Assembly: GCA_949878575.1 (NCBI GenBank)
Contig: CATLAX010000001.1
Span: 320,220-384,219 of the forward strand
DNA from: an uncultured Alphaproteobacteria bacterium
GTDB lineage: Bacteria > Pseudomonadota > Alphaproteobacteria > Rs-D84
DNA length: 64,000 nucleotides
Direction of reading: 5' to 3'
Shown here: in pieces, positions 49,181 through 60,158 of the stretch
How positions within the stretch are numbered: position 1 is the first letter of the stretch
Layout of the letters: every line of letters begins with the position of its first letter
Notes under the pieces: model-generated
Databases searched by the model: none
What the model was told of the DNA's origin: nothing
The model's input: only the letters and a program-made list of their open reading frames with translations
Translations under genes and position numbers: made by a program

Positions 49181-50131
49181 ATGAGCAGGGATGAAATACA
49201 AAAATTTTTGGAAAAGAAATTTCCGGGCGAGACCGTAAAATATGTCGGATGCGGCACGGATTCCACCGCGTTCAAGGTCGGCGACAGGATATGCCGTTTT
49301 CCTCATAACAGTGCGGATGTTTACAAGATGGAGGCGGCGTTGTGCGATTTTATCCGCCCAAACATTTCCGTTGACATTCCGAATGTTGAAATAGTTTCCG
49401 ACGGAGGATCCGTGTTTGCAATACATAAAATGATACAGGGCGGCAAATGGTCGTGGCATAAATTTTCGTGGCACCCCCGTCGCCAGCGCAATTTGTCGCG
49501 ATCGTATGCACGTTTTCTGGCCGAATTGCACGGCGTGGATGCGGCGTCCTTGCAACGGCGCGTCCCGGAACTGCGCGAATCGGTGCCTTACTGCGATATA
49601 GATGAAATTTCCGATTTTTTGGCCCGCTTTATGACGCCCGGCCAGTTGCGCTTTTTTAGAAAAAATTACGAACGCATTACCGGTGCGCCCGTGGCGCCGA
49701 GCGACATGGTCTTTATACACATGGGGATGAAGGGGGCGAATTCCGTCGTTGGGAATGACGGCGCGATATGCGGCGTGTTTGATTTCTGCAGCGGCGGTGT
49801 TTACGAACGCTGGCGCGATTTTGTTTTGGTGTATTTGGGGCGCAACGCCCGCATGTTTCGCCAGGTGCGGCGCGAATATGGCAAATTAACGGGGCTGCGC
49901 CCCGATGCGGGCCGCATCGCCGATTTGGCGGTGATAGAATTTTTATGGCGCCGCCGGCTGTATCCAAACGGTGTGTTCGCGCCGCGCAACGACCATTTTA
50001 TAAAGAAAAATATTGCCGTGGCGTTAACGCGCTTTCATCGTCTGCCAAAAAAGATGTCATGGATAATTTATGCACGCATGTCGCTGCATGACCGGATTGT
50101 GGCGCGTCGCCGCCGCGGACATGTTTCCTGA
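49181..50131 (+). CDS. Phosphotransferase-fold protein with degenerate catalytic motifs (possible pseudokinase). It is a paralogue of 10983..11900.
   Basis: GCGTDSTAFKVGDRICRFP resembles a G-loop/Lys region. The position of HxDLxxxN holds IHMGMKGANSVV (no catalytic Asp), and GVFDFCSGG is DFG-like. Confidence 0.4.
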   Translation: MSRDEIQKFLEKKFPGETVKYVGCGTDSTAFKVGDRICRFPHNSADVYKMEAALCDFIRPNISVDIPNVEIVSDGGSVFAIHKMIQGGKWSWHKFSWHPRRQRNLSRSYARFLAELHGVDAASLQRRVPELRESVPYCDIDEISDFLARFMTPGQLRFFRKNYERITGAPVAPSDMVFIHMGMKGANSVVGNDGAICGVFDFCSGGVYERWRDFVLVYLGRNARMFRQVRREYGKLTGLRPDAGRIADLAVIEFLWRRRLYPNGVFAPRNDHFIKKNIAVALTRFHRLPKKMSWIIYARMSLHDRIVARRRRGHVS

Positions 50132-50201
50132 AGGTGAATCTGCCGGACTGTGATATAATACGCCTTGTAATTATGATGCTATAAGGCAAGGAGGTGTTAC
50201 C

Positions 50202-50834
50202 ATGCAAAAACAAAGAAAAAATGTCGCAGCGAACGCGTCCGGCGGTCGTCGGCGTGCGCCGTCAAATCCCATGTATGCGTATATTCAAAACCTGTATAAC
50301 CGCAGCGCCCCGCTGTTGATATGCGAGGCGGCCCTGCTTGGTTTCGCGGCCATACTGATGGTGTTTCGGCCGATAGAAATGCTGGCCATGATGACGTTTG
50401 TCATAGGGGTTGCATTGATACTGTTCGGCCTGTACCGCACGATTGCGGGATTTACGGTGTCCCGTGTGCCGGGGGGCGGATGGATAGACGTGATATTCGG
50501 TCTGACGAACATTATTCTGGGCGTGCTGTTTTGCGCATATCCGACCAGTGCATCCATGGGAATCGTATATGTGTTTATAGCCCTGTTGGTGTTCAAGGCG
50601 ATAAAGGCGCTGATTTTTGCAATAAACATGGCGCGGGCACGTGTCGGGCATTATGCGATGGATTTGACGGTCGCGGCCGTGCTGTTCCTGTTGGCAGTAC
50701 TGCTGATGTTCTTTCCGGCCGTGGGCGGCGTCACCCTTATATACATGATGGCAATTATATTGCTGTTGTATGCCGCCTCAGACATTTATATGTTTGTAGA
50801 GCTGTTTCATCTTAAAAACAAAATAAAAGAATAA
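50202..50834 (+). CDS. Polytopic membrane protein (HdeD/DUF308-like internal repeats)
   Basis: Six predicted TM helices in a 3+3 internal repeat. Confidence 0.45.
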   Translation: MQKQRKNVAANASGGRRRAPSNPMYAYIQNLYNRSAPLLICEAALLGFAAILMVFRPIEMLAMMTFVIGVALILFGLYRTIAGFTVSRVPGGGWIDVIFGLTNIILGVLFCAYPTSASMGIVYVFIALLVFKAIKALIFAINMARARVGHYAMDLTVAAVLFLLAVLLMFFPAVGGVTLIYMMAIILLLYAASDIYMFVELFHLKNKIKE

Positions 50835-50960
50835 AACCGGGGCGTTTTGCCCTGGTTTTATTCAATATGGCACCTTTTCTGTATTTCGGCCCAGTCGGTT
50901 GCGGCATAGCCGCGCTGATGTTCCGGCTTGTTCATTTCCATGACACAGTCTTTTTGTATA

Positions 50961-51188
50961 TCAGTCGGGCATCGCCAGCACGCCTTTAATGCTTCCTGTG
51001 ATATGCGGTTCATACTGCTTTTGGGAATGCATTGTTTTTTCTGTCTGTCTGTCAAAAAATTCCGTGTCTTTGTCGCATCCTTCGCCGCACGGGACAACGC
51101 CCGCGCCGTGTTTGTGGTCTGCGATGGCGGGGGCGTTTATGGCGCATGATATGGCAATAATGATTGCCGGCCAATGGAAAATCTTCAT
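50961..51188 (-). CDS. Small secreted hypothetical protein
   Basis: Signal peptide MKIFHWPAIIIAISCAINAPAIA, 75 aa. Confidence 0.3.
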   Translation of the reverse strand: MKIFHWPAIIIAISCAINAPAIADHKHGAGVVPCGEGCDKDTEFFDRQTEKTMHSQKQYEPHITGSIKGVLAMPD

Positions 51189-51480
51189 TTGTCGTCCTTT
51201 TTTATAGCAAAGAAAAACCACCAAGCAGATTTGGTGGTCGGGGGGTTAGAAAAATCAGTTCATCAATGATTCCGATCGCTTTTGGAATAAACCTGTTTTA
51301 TAACGACCGCCACCCGACGAAATAAATCGGGGAACAAACGGTGCAAATGCATCGCAATACCAGATAACGATGCATTTGTTTTGCACCGGATGAACGTCAG
51401 GCTTTCTAAGGCCCCGAACCACATCCATGCGGTTCGGAATAAGTTTATTGAAGTTTGTTTAATCGGTTAATAATAAAAAA

Positions 51481-51557
51481 TGGCGCGCCCTGCAGGATTC
51501 GAACCTGCGACCTGCGGATTAGAAATCCGATGCTCTATCCAGCTGGGCTAAGGGCGC
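51481..51557 (-). tRNA. tRNA-Arg (anticodon TCT)
   Basis: Reverse complement GCGCCCTTAGCCCAGCTGGATAGAGCATCGGATTTCTAATCCGCAGGTCGCAGGTTCGAATCCTGCAGGGCGCGCCA. The anticodon loop is TTTCTAA, the T-loop GTTCGAATC, and CCA is encoded. Confidence 0.9.
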
Positions 51558-51784
51558 ACTTATGTTTCATTTTATAACAAAATTTTGTCAATTTCAAGCC
51601 CAGCACAACATTTTATCTGGCAAATCAGGCGATATTTCTTAAAAATAGTTGTTGCAGGCCGGTTTTTAAAAGGTTAGAATGCAATTACTCAAGTGATTTT
51701 CCGCACCGCGTGACTCTTGACATATTGGTGCGGCAAAAAGCGGGGGCTTTGGTCGTTTTTCATTCAAATTAAAAGGAGAACATA

Positions 51785-52147
51785 ATGAAAAAACTGTTTG
51801 TATTGCCGATGTTGTGCGGTGCGTTGCTGGCGGGCTGCAGCAAAGATAACTCTGTGGAAGTTCTGGGTCAGAAGTGCGAAAAAATCGCAACTGGCGAACG
51901 TGGCGATTTCTTGGCGAAATGCCCGGTTGTTCCGGAATTGGACGCTATCCGCAATGCTGACAAGAATGCAATGTTCCTGTCTGTTGCACCGAGCGAAGAA
52001 GTAATCGCAGATGTTGAAAGCGTTTATGTTGATGTTGTTCCGGCGAACACAGTAGAAGGCGTTGCGGTTAACTGCTATCGCGTTCTGGGTGTAAACCCGA
52101 CCGTTGACGGTGAAGCAATGTATGCGGTTGAAGTTTGCGAACAGTAA
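51785..52147 (+). CDS. Lipoprotein, unknown function
   Basis: Lipobox LLAGCS, 120 aa, followed by a terminator. Confidence 0.5.
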   Translation: MKKLFVLPMLCGALLAGCSKDNSVEVLGQKCEKIATGERGDFLAKCPVVPELDAIRNADKNAMFLSVAPSEEVIADVESVYVDVVPANTVEGVAVNCYRVLGVNPTVDGEAMYAVEVCEQ

Positions 52148-52378
52148 ACTTTTATGGCTCTTGATTAAAAACCGCCGCGAATGCGGCGGTTTTTAATATA
52201 ACCGGCCAAAATATGATTTTGGCCGGTTGGTGCGTCTTCTCAGCTCCGTGGGGATTATTACATATTATATTATGATTTGCTAATATTATTTTTTGTGTAA
52301 ATTCATGGGGAAATGCTTCCTGTGAGTATGCTGGTAAAATGGTGTTATAATGGTGGCAACAATACAAAGGCAAATTTT

Positions 52379-52852
52379 ATGAAAAAGATTTTACAGTTTG
52401 TATGCGCTATGTTTTTTGCTTTTTTACCTGGTTTCTTCGGAATTATGTTTACACCCAGCGGTGCGTCGGACATGTGGTATAACGCCCTTGGCAAATCCGT
52501 GGTAACGCCAGAGGGATGGGTTTTTGGCGTCGCCTGGGCCGTATTGTACGCATTGTTGGGAATTGCACTGTTTCTGGTGATTAGCAGTGAGCGCGCCGGT
52601 CCCGGCAAGACAAAGTCTTATGCGCTGTTCGGGGTTCAGATGATCTTGAACGGTTTGTGGTCTTATTTGTTCTTTGGACTGCATATGGCAGGTGTCGCGT
52701 TTGCTGTTATAATAGCGTTAATAGCCGTTGCGGTGTGGATGATGCGGGCTTTTTATCCCATCAGCAAAACCGCCGCATATCTAATAGTTCCGTATATTTT
52801 ATGGCTGATTTTTGCGGCTTATTTAAACGGTGTGGTTTTGTATTTAAATTAG
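52379..52852 (+). CDS. TspO/MBR (tryptophan-rich sensory protein) family
   Basis: Trp-rich five-TM protein. MKKILQFVCAMFFAFLPGFFGIMFT...WYNAL matches the TspO N-terminal region. Confidence 0.75.
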   Translation: MKKILQFVCAMFFAFLPGFFGIMFTPSGASDMWYNALGKSVVTPEGWVFGVAWAVLYALLGIALFLVISSERAGPGKTKSYALFGVQMILNGLWSYLFFGLHMAGVAFAVIIALIAVAVWMMRAFYPISKTAAYLIVPYILWLIFAAYLNGVVLYLN

Positions 52853-52868
52853 GAAACGGGGCGGGGTG

Positions 52869-53204
52869 CTATATTTTTAGTATTTTGTAGTCCGCATCCC
52901 CGATGTTTAAGTATTTCAGCCCCAGTTCTTCAACATAATCAGGGCTGTAATCCTGCAGCAATTTAATATGTTGCTGTAACGCCTCCATATTCTTCTGCTC
53001 TGTTTCCAGCTGCTGCTGTTCAGAATTCAGGCGCCATATGTTTATTATGAATTTTTGTACATTAACCTCGCCCCAAAAGATGCGCACAAACATAAACGCG
53101 GCAAATACTGCGAATAATATTCCTATCTTGCCGCGGATGCCGCCGCACCACGCGCGCCCCATAAATCCAAAGAAATTTTTGATTTTTTCCATCATAGATG
53201 TCAT
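52869..53204 (-). CDS. FtsB/septum-formation-initiator family protein
   Basis: TM helix followed by a coiled-coil (QQQLETEQKNMEALQQHIKLLQD). Confidence 0.6.
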   Translation of the reverse strand: MTSMMEKIKNFFGFMGRAWCGGIRGKIGILFAVFAAFMFVRIFWGEVNVQKFIINIWRLNSEQQQLETEQKNMEALQQHIKLLQDYSPDYVEELGLKYLNIGDADYKILKI

Positions 53205-53214
53205 TATATCACAA

Positions 53215-54144
53215 ATGCTTACTGATAATCAAATTTTTGCAGCACCCCTGGCCGGTGTTACCGATCGACCGTTTAGGCGCATTGTGCGTGAATTTGCGCC
53301 AAACGCCCCGATTGTGACGGAAATGATATCTTGTCATTCTTTGGTGGGGGGGCATAAAAATTGTCTGCGTAATTTTGACAGGTATGATGATGAAGCGCCC
53401 ATCGGCGCCCAGATATTCGGCGCTGACAAAGATTTAATGGCGGAGGCGGCACGAATGTTGCAGGACGCCGGTGCCGGCTGGATTGATATAAACATGGGTT
53501 GTCCCGTGCCAAAGGTTGCGACGCGCGCCGGTGCGGGGGCTTTTTTGATGCGCGATCATAAACTGGCCGGGCAAATAATGCATGACGTTGTTCGGGCGGT
53601 AAAGATTCCTGTTTCCATAAAGACCCGCCTGGGCTGGGATTCAGAACATACGGATTGGCGTGATCTGTTGGGGATTGCGGCCGACTGTGGCGTGCGTTTT
53701 GCCACATTGCACGGGCGTACCCGGGCGCAGCTGTATCTGGGGCCGGCCGTGTGGCCCGATGTTTCGGATTGTCCGATTCCCGTTATTGCGAACGGTGATA
53801 TAAAAAATGCCGATGACGCCATGCGCGCAATGCGGCTGGGGTACAGCGGTGTAATGATTGGGCGCGCAATGTTGGGGCGGCCGTGGATAATAGGGTGCAT
53901 GGCCGGTGGCGACGCCCCGGATAAAATCGGGGATGTTGTATTGCGGCACCTGGATTATGCGGTGGAATATTACGGTGCCGCGGTCGCAGTACCCATGTTT
54001 CGCAAACATGCCGCATGGTACAGTGCCGGGATGCCGAATTCCGCTGATTTTCGTATTCGGGTAAACAGGATTGTCGATGTTTCGGAACTGCGTGATGCAA
54101 TTTGCGAATTTTGGGGTTGCGATTTGCCGTGCCAGATTCTATGA
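53215..54144 (+). CDS. tRNA-dihydrouridine synthase
   Basis: IFAAPLAGVTDRPFRRIVREF... and the DINMGCPVPKV FMN/catalytic Cys region. Confidence 0.85.
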   Translation: MLTDNQIFAAPLAGVTDRPFRRIVREFAPNAPIVTEMISCHSLVGGHKNCLRNFDRYDDEAPIGAQIFGADKDLMAEAARMLQDAGAGWIDINMGCPVPKVATRAGAGAFLMRDHKLAGQIMHDVVRAVKIPVSIKTRLGWDSEHTDWRDLLGIAADCGVRFATLHGRTRAQLYLGPAVWPDVSDCPIPVIANGDIKNADDAMRAMRLGYSGVMIGRAMLGRPWIIGCMAGGDAPDKIGDVVLRHLDYAVEYYGAAVAVPMFRKHAAWYSAGMPNSADFRIRVNRIVDVSELRDAICEFWGCDLPCQIL

Positions 54145-54172
54145 TAGGCCTAACAGCAGGGGATTGTTCAAG

Positions 54173-55084
54173 ATGAATGAAAACACAAATATAAAAGAAA
54201 AAGAAGATGTAACAGAAAATGTGGAAATGACGGCGGGTGAAATGTTGCGTAACGCCCGTACAACCGGTCGTCGCAAGCGCGAAATACCGACTATTTCCAA
54301 ACAGCTGTGCATACGCGAAGAATTTTTACAGGCGCTGGAAAGCGGGGATTATTCCGAAATACCCGAACCCGTTTATATTCTGGGCTTTGCGCGCAACTAT
54401 GCAATGGAGCTGGGGCTGGATCCAGATGAAATCGTATCAAAAATTAAGCGCGAGATGGGGATTTCAACCGATTGCACGCCAGAGGCCGACGGCGGCGAGG
54501 CGGCGGCATGCGCGGTGCCGCATGTAACGGCGGCCGGCGTGATGTCACGTGTGTTGAAGTTCATGCGCGCACGGTGGAAATGGTTTGCCGCCGGTGGCGC
54601 GGTGTTGGCGGCAGTTGTGCTGGCGGTTATTATCATTGTTTCGCTTGTGCGCACCGATAGCCCCGCAGATGTTGCAAATGCGCCGGTTGCGCTGGTTCAT
54701 ACCGTGACAGAACCCACGTATAACAAAGAGGTTCGCGAACGTTTCGGGGCCGAAAACCGCGACAGCGCCCGCATCATTCTGCAGTCTGTGCAGGAATCGT
54801 GGGTAAAGGTTGAAGATGCCCGCGGAAACACCGTGTTTAGCCGTGTTTTGGTGCCGGGTGATGTGTATTATGTTCCGTCCGGTACAGGTTACAAGGCCAC
54901 ATTCGGAAATGCCGGCGGTGTTGATATTTGGGTTGATGGCAAGGCTGCGGCCAAAGCGGGCCCGGCACATACGCGTAAATCCGGAATAGAGCTGGATGCG
55001 GACGCGCTGGCCAAGACGGCCGGGTCGGCCAAAGCGGACGAAGATGTACAGCCGGAAGAGGCATCGGCGCCTGCGGGTGAATAA
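54173..55084 (+). CDS. RodZ-like HTH/TM protein
   Basis: N-terminal HTH (GEMLRNARTTGRRKREIPTISKQLCIREEFLQALE), then a TM helix, then a C-terminal periplasmic domain. Confidence 0.6.
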   Translation: MNENTNIKEKEDVTENVEMTAGEMLRNARTTGRRKREIPTISKQLCIREEFLQALESGDYSEIPEPVYILGFARNYAMELGLDPDEIVSKIKREMGISTDCTPEADGGEAAACAVPHVTAAGVMSRVLKFMRARWKWFAAGGAVLAAVVLAVIIIVSLVRTDSPADVANAPVALVHTVTEPTYNKEVRERFGAENRDSARIILQSVQESWVKVEDARGNTVFSRVLVPGDVYYVPSGTGYKATFGNAGGVDIWVDGKAAAKAGPAHTRKSGIELDADALAKTAGSAKADEDVQPEEASAPAGE

Positions 55085-55289
55085 AACTGTTTTATTTTTT
55101 AACGGGGGCAACCCCGTTTTTATTTGTTATATATGGTTGACAAAAACATAAAAGTGTGTTAAGTTTGTTGTTGTAAAATTCCTGCGAATCATTGTTTTTG
55201 GTGCTGGGAATATATGTATGCGGAGCGGAATATATTTTTCGCTCTTTTTGTTGAAATTTTTGGTAAAATATCTATATTTGGTGATGAAG

Positions 55290-58166
55290 ATGGCTAACGT
55301 GATAAAAATTCGCGGCGCACGCGAAAACAATCTTAAAAATATTGATTTGGACATACCAAAAAACAAGTTGGTGGTGTTTACCGGCGTATCCGGTTCGGGT
55401 AAGTCGTCGCTGGCCTTTAATACCATTTACGCAGAGGGCCAGCGCAGATATGTTGAATCGCTGTCGTCTTATGCGCGCCAGTTCCTGGATATGCAGAAAA
55501 AACCGGATGTTGACCTGATAGAGGGCTTGGCGCCGGCTATTTCCATAGAACAAAAAACAACATCAAAAAATCCACGTTCAACGGTGGGAACCGTGACGGA
55601 AATATATGATTATCTGCGATTGCTGTGGGCGCGCATCGGCGTGCCGCATTCGCCGGTAACGGGGCTGCCGATTAAATCACAGTCTATATCGGAAATGGTT
55701 GATTGGACCATGAAGCTGCCGGCGGGAACAAAAATTTATGTTATGGCGCCGCTGGTCCGCGACCGCAAGGGTGAATACAGAAAAGAAATAGCATTTTTGA
55801 TAAAGCAGGGGTACAGCCGCGCAATAATTGACGGCGAGCTGTACGATTTGTCTGCGGCGCCGGCGCTGGATAAAAATAAAAAGCATAATATTCTGGTAAT
55901 TGTTGACCGGTTGGCGATACCGTCGCCTGATTCCGATAACGATGAGTTCCGGTCGCGTTTGTATGCTTCTTTTGAGGGGTCCTTGCGGCTGGTGCCGGGC
56001 TCTGTTCTGGTGCGGCGTTTGGATACGGGCGAAGACACGCTGTATTCGCAGAACTATGCGTGTCCGGTCAGCGGGTTTACAGTGCCAAAGATAGAACCGC
56101 GGCTGTTTTCATTCAACGCCCCGGTTGGTGCCTGTCCGTCCTGTGACGGTTTGGGTGTACAGTTGAACATGTCGCCGGATTTGGTTATACCCGATCCGTC
56201 AAAGTCTATTTTGGATGGGGCGATTGCACCGTGGTCGCGCGGCGGCATGCTTAGCCAGTTTGAGCATCTGTTAAGCGCGCTGCATAAAAAATACAAGATT
56301 CCGCTGACACGGCCGTGGCACATGCTTAGTGAAGAGCAGAAAAATCTTATTTTGTACGGCAGCGGGGACGAAACCATAAAAATCAACTGGAACGGTTTTG
56401 TATATGAAAAACCGTACGAAGGGGTAATTCCGAACATAGAACGCCGCTGGCGCGAATCGGATTCAGAGGCGATGCGGACAGAGCTTGCCAAATATCAATC
56501 GGAAAAACCGTGCCCGATGTGTCATGGAAAGCGGTTAAACATTCAGGCGCTGTGTGTAAAGATAAACGGCATGGACATCATGGATGTGTGCGACATGTCC
56601 GTGGATGATGCTGCGCAGTGGTTCGTTGACCTGCCGACGCATCTGACGCAAAAGGAAAACGATATCGGCCGTATTGTTTTGCGTGAAATAACAAGCCGCC
56701 TGCAGTTTTTGCAAAACGTCGGTCTAGGCTATCTGACAATGTCGCGCATGGCGGGAACCCTGTCCGGGGGCGAGGCCCAGCGCATCCGTCTGGCGTCCCA
56801 GATAGGCAGCGGCCTGTCCGGTGTCTTGTATGTGCTGGACGAGCCGTCCATCGGTCTGCACCAAAGTGATAATGACAAGCTGCTTGAAACGTTGAAAATG
56901 CTGCGTGACAAGGATAACACCGTGATAGTTGTGGAACACGACGAGGACGCCATGCGCGCGGCGGATTATCTGGTTGACATCGGTCGCAATGCCGGTGTGA
57001 ACGGCGGCCGGGTCATTGCCGCAGGAACGCCGGCCCAGGTTATAAAAAACAAGGATTCTTTAACCGGAATGTATTTGTCCGGCAAGAAAAAGATAGAAGT
57101 GCCGAAAAAGCGCCGTGACGGAAACGGCAGGTCAATCATTGTTCACGGTGCGCGCGAACATAATTTGAAAAACATAGACGTGGAATTTCCGCTGGGAAAA
57201 TTTATCGCGCTGACCGGGGTGTCGGGGTCCGGCAAATCAACGCTGTTGCTAAATACGCTGTATCCGGCGCTGATGCGTGCGCTGTATAATTCCAAGATGG
57301 AAACCGGCGCCCATGATATTATTCGCGGGATGGAAAACGTGGACAAGGTTGTTGACATAGACCAGTCGCCGATAGGCCGCACGCCGCGCAGCAACCCGGC
57401 CACGTATACGGGCGTGTTTTCAAACATTCGTGACTTTTTCGCCGGTCTGCCGGAGGCAAAGGCGCGCGGATATACGTCGGGCCGTTTTTCATTTAACGTA
57501 AAGGGCGGCCGGTGCGAGGCATGCCAGGGCGACGGCCAGATAAAGATAGAGATGAACTTTTTGGCCGATGTCTACGTGGAATGCGACAAGTGTCACGGTG
57601 CGAGGTATAATGAGGAAACACTGGCCGTAAAGTATAAGGGAAAATCCATTGCGGATGTTTTGGACATGACCGTTGAAGAGGCGTACAGGTTCTTTGTAAA
57701 TGTTCCGCAGATTGCGCGCAAACTGGAGCTGCTGAAACGGGTGGGGCTGGATTATATAAAGCTGGGGCAGAGTTCGTTGGACCTGTCCGGGGGCGAGGCT
57801 CAGCGTATCAAGCTGTCCAAGGAGCTGGCGGCGCGCAGCACCGGACAAACCATTTATATTCTGGACGAGCCGACAACAGGACTGCATTTTGAGGATATAA
57901 AAATGCTGTTGTCCGTCTTGCACGAACTGGTGGAGCAGGGCAATACCGTAATAGTCATAGAGCATAATCTGGAGGTTATAAAAACCGCGGACTGGGTCAT
58001 AGACCTGGGGCCGACGGGCGGCGCCGGCGGCGGCCGTGTTATCGCATGCGGCACGCCGGAACAGGTGGCGGCGGTTGACGCGTCGCCAACGGGGCGCTAT
58101 CTTAAGAAATATCTGCCGTCCGTGCATGCGGCGAAAAGAACAGTTTCAACAAAGGAGAAAGCATAA
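55290..58166 (+). CDS. uvrA: Excinuclease ABC subunit A
   Basis: Two ABC modules ([23 protein letters not shown]) and Zn-finger Cys clusters ([16 protein letters not shown]). Confidence 0.95.
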   Translation: MANVIKIRGARENNLKNIDLDIPKNKLVVFTGVSGSGKSSLAFNTIYAEGQRRYVESLSSYARQFLDMQKKPDVDLIEGLAPAISIEQKTTSKNPRSTVGTVTEIYDYLRLLWARIGVPHSPVTGLPIKSQSISEMVDWTMKLPAGTKIYVMAPLVRDRKGEYRKEIAFLIKQGYSRAIIDGELYDLSAAPALDKNKKHNILVIVDRLAIPSPDSDNDEFRSRLYASFEGSLRLVPGSVLVRRLDTGEDTLYSQNYACPVSGFTVPKIEPRLFSFNAPVGACPSCDGLGVQLNMSPDLVIPDPSKSILDGAIAPWSRGGMLSQFEHLLSALHKKYKIPLTRPWHMLSEEQKNLILYGSGDETIKINWNGFVYEKPYEGVIPNIERRWRESDSEAMRTELAKYQSEKPCPMCHGKRLNIQALCVKINGMDIMDVCDMSVDDAAQWFVDLPTHLTQKENDIGRIVLREITSRLQFLQNVGLGYLTMSRMAGTLSGGEAQRIRLASQIGSGLSGVLYVLDEPSIGLHQSDNDKLLETLKMLRDKDNTVIVVEHDEDAMRAADYLVDIGRNAGVNGGRVIAAGTPAQVIKNKDSLTGMYLSGKKKIEVPKKRRDGNGRSIIVHGAREHNLKNIDVEFPLGKFIALTGVSGSGKSTLLLNTLYPALMRALYNSKMETGAHDIIRGMENVDKVVDIDQSPIGRTPRSNPATYTGVFSNIRDFFAGLPEAKARGYTSGRFSFNVKGGRCEACQGDGQIKIEMNFLADVYVECDKCHGARYNEETLAVKYKGKSIADVLDMTVEEAYRFFVNVPQIARKLELLKRVGLDYIKLGQSSLDLSGGEAQRIKLSKELAARSTGQTIYILDEPTTGLHFEDIKMLLSVLHELVEQGNTVIVIEHNLEVIKTADWVIDLGPTGGAGGGRVIACGTPEQVAAVDASPTGRYLKKYLPSVHAAKRTVSTKEKA

Positions 58167-58690
58167 TGTTTGGTTTTGGAAAAAAGAAAGCAAAAGAAAA
58201 CGTACAGGCCGGGGCGGCATCGGCCGCACCGAATTTGGACGATGTAAAGATGCCGGCCGGCATGAAGGAGACGGCCGCACGCATGATGGCGGGACAGTTT
58301 GATTTGAACGACATGCTGGCCCAGTTGAAGCAGATTAAGAAAATGGGAAATTTCAGCGGATTGTTAAAGATGGTGCCGGGCATGTCCGGGGCCGTCGCCG
58401 CGATGAAGGAAAAGATAAAGGACGGCAGTGTTGACGCCCAGATAAAAATTCTGGAGGCAATGACGCCCGAAGAGCGTGCGAATCCGGACAAGATTTTTGC
58501 TAATGCAAAAACACGCATCTCAGAAACGGCGGGATGCACCGTGCGCGATGTTGAACATATAATAAAGCAGCACGCAAAAATGAAACAGCAGATGGCCATG
58601 ATTCAACGCATGGGCGGCATGGAGGCCGTGATGCAGAAAATGCAGGCGGCCCAGGGTGCCGGCGGCATGCCGGGCGGCGTAAAGGCGTAA
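58166..58690 (+). CDS. Stand-alone SRP54 (Ffh) M-domain-like protein
   Basis: GQFDLNDMLAQLKQIKKMGNFSGLLKMVPGM ... MTPEERANPDKI ... RISETAGCTVRDVEHIIKQHAKMKQQMA aligns along the whole Ffh M-domain (FDLNDFLEQLRQMKNMGG...MTMKER..P.II...R..RIA.G.G..V.DVN.LLKQ...M). No N/G domain is present, and the ATG overlaps the uvrA stop. Confidence 0.55.
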   Translation: MFGFGKKKAKENVQAGAASAAPNLDDVKMPAGMKETAARMMAGQFDLNDMLAQLKQIKKMGNFSGLLKMVPGMSGAVAAMKEKIKDGSVDAQIKILEAMTPEERANPDKIFANAKTRISETAGCTVRDVEHIIKQHAKMKQQMAMIQRMGGMEAVMQKMQAAQGAGGMPGGVKA

Positions 58691-58698
58691 TAAACTCG

Positions 58699-59370
58699 GT
58701 GTTGGCGGCAATGAAAATACTAAACAAAAAAATTGCGGCGAAAAAATCATCCGTTGCCTGGCTGCAGCGCCAGGCGGCGGATCCGTATGTTGCGCGTGCG
58801 CAGAAAGAGGGGTATCGTGCACGCGCCGCCTATAAGCTGCTGGAGATGAACGAACGTTTCCGGTTTCTTAAAAACGGCCAGGTTGTTGTTGATTTGGGTG
58901 CGGCGCCGGGATCATGGACACAGTATGTAATGCGTGAATTTCCGCACAGCAAAGTGTTCGCCATGGATTTGCTGGAAATAAAACCGATTCCTGGTGTTGA
59001 ATTTTATCAGGGTGATTTTACAAGCGACGAGGCCCTGGCGTGGCTGACCCAAAAATTGAACCTGTTGGATGAGGGGACGGCGGGCGGCACTGTTGACGTC
59101 GTTTTGTCCGATATGGCGCCAAACACCGTTGGACACAAAAAGACCGATCATATACGCCAGATGGTATTGCTGGAATACGCGTTTGATTTTGCTCTGCGTG
59201 CGTTAAAGCCGGGCGGAACCTTTGTCGCAAAGTCTTTTACAGGTGGAACAACAAACGAACTGCTTAAACAAATAAAAGAAAAATTTGAGGCGGTTCATCA
59301 TATCAAGCCGCCGTCTTCGCGCAAAGATTCTGTTGAAATGTTTATTGTGGCGACTGGATTTCGTGGGTAA
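58699..59370 (+). CDS. rlmE: 23S rRNA U2552 2'-O-methyltransferase
   Basis: [37 protein letters not shown] SAM-binding motif. Confidence 0.88.
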   Translation: [223 protein letters not shown]

Positions 59371-59434
59371 AACTTGACAAATTTATTCCAGTGTGTCAAA
59401 CTTAAATAAGTTATAGAGAAGCAAGGAATATAAA

Positions 59435-60151
59435 ATGAAAAAGACTTATTCTATTTTGACTCGTGGTGTGGCCGGATTGACAGTTTCTTTGTTGATGTTG
59501 GCGTGTGCAAAAAAAGACCGTGGCGCCGCCGTATCCGGTGATCTGCAGGCCAGAATAGATTCCATAGAAAACCTGCGCTCAGAACAGTTGCGCAATTTGG
59601 ATTCGTGCATTATGCGGGCGGATATTGCAATGGGCTCATACGGCCAATATGCGGATAATATGGTTACGGAATACCAGAAAATGATTGACTCCAAATATTT
59701 GTTAAGCAGGTATATAATCCCGGGCGAGTTGGATCATATAATAGACACGGCTGACAACTGGCTGCCCGATTCCGCGCGTAAAACGGATGAGTATAAAAAA
59801 CTGCACATAGACAAGGCGACGCTGGTGGATTTGTATACGCTGTTTGAAAAGTTTGCGGGTCGCGCAGATATAGATGCGTGCAACAAGGAACTGATGGGTG
59901 TTTTGGAATATGTGCGCAAAAAAGACGGTTCCGGATATGATTTAAGATTTTCCGATGACATGCTGGCGCGCCAGTTTCAACGTCAAAAAGCGGACTATGT
60001 AAACATGGAAATGTATCATAACAGCCGTCGTCAGATTAGTGACGCCGTGCGTGCCATTGCCGATACAGCCGCGGCTGTGCGCGGGCGCGTGGCCGATTAT
60101 GACGCCCAGTTAAAGATATTGCGTGCTCGTGCGGCCGGACGTCAGAAATAA
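59435..60151 (+). CDS. Lipoprotein, unknown function
   Basis: Lipobox LMLACA. Confidence 0.4.
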   Translation: MKKTYSILTRGVAGLTVSLLMLACAKKDRGAAVSGDLQARIDSIENLRSEQLRNLDSCIMRADIAMGSYGQYADNMVTEYQKMIDSKYLLSRYIIPGELDHIIDTADNWLPDSARKTDEYKKLHIDKATLVDLYTLFEKFAGRADIDACNKELMGVLEYVRKKDGSGYDLRFSDDMLARQFQRQKADYVNMEMYHNSRRQISDAVRAIADTAAAVRGRVADYDAQLKILRARAAGRQK

Positions 60152-60158
60152 CCGGAAT

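Noticed and set aside
57489-58127. 212-aa minus-strand ORF
   Set aside because: Antisense to uvrA.
58166-58690. Possibility that the M-domain ORF is the 3' part of a frameshifted full-length ffh
   Set aside because: uvrA occupies all upstream sequence in a single clean frame ending exactly at the ORF start, so there is no room for an NG domain. It is kept as a stand-alone M-domain protein, and an assembly check is recommended.
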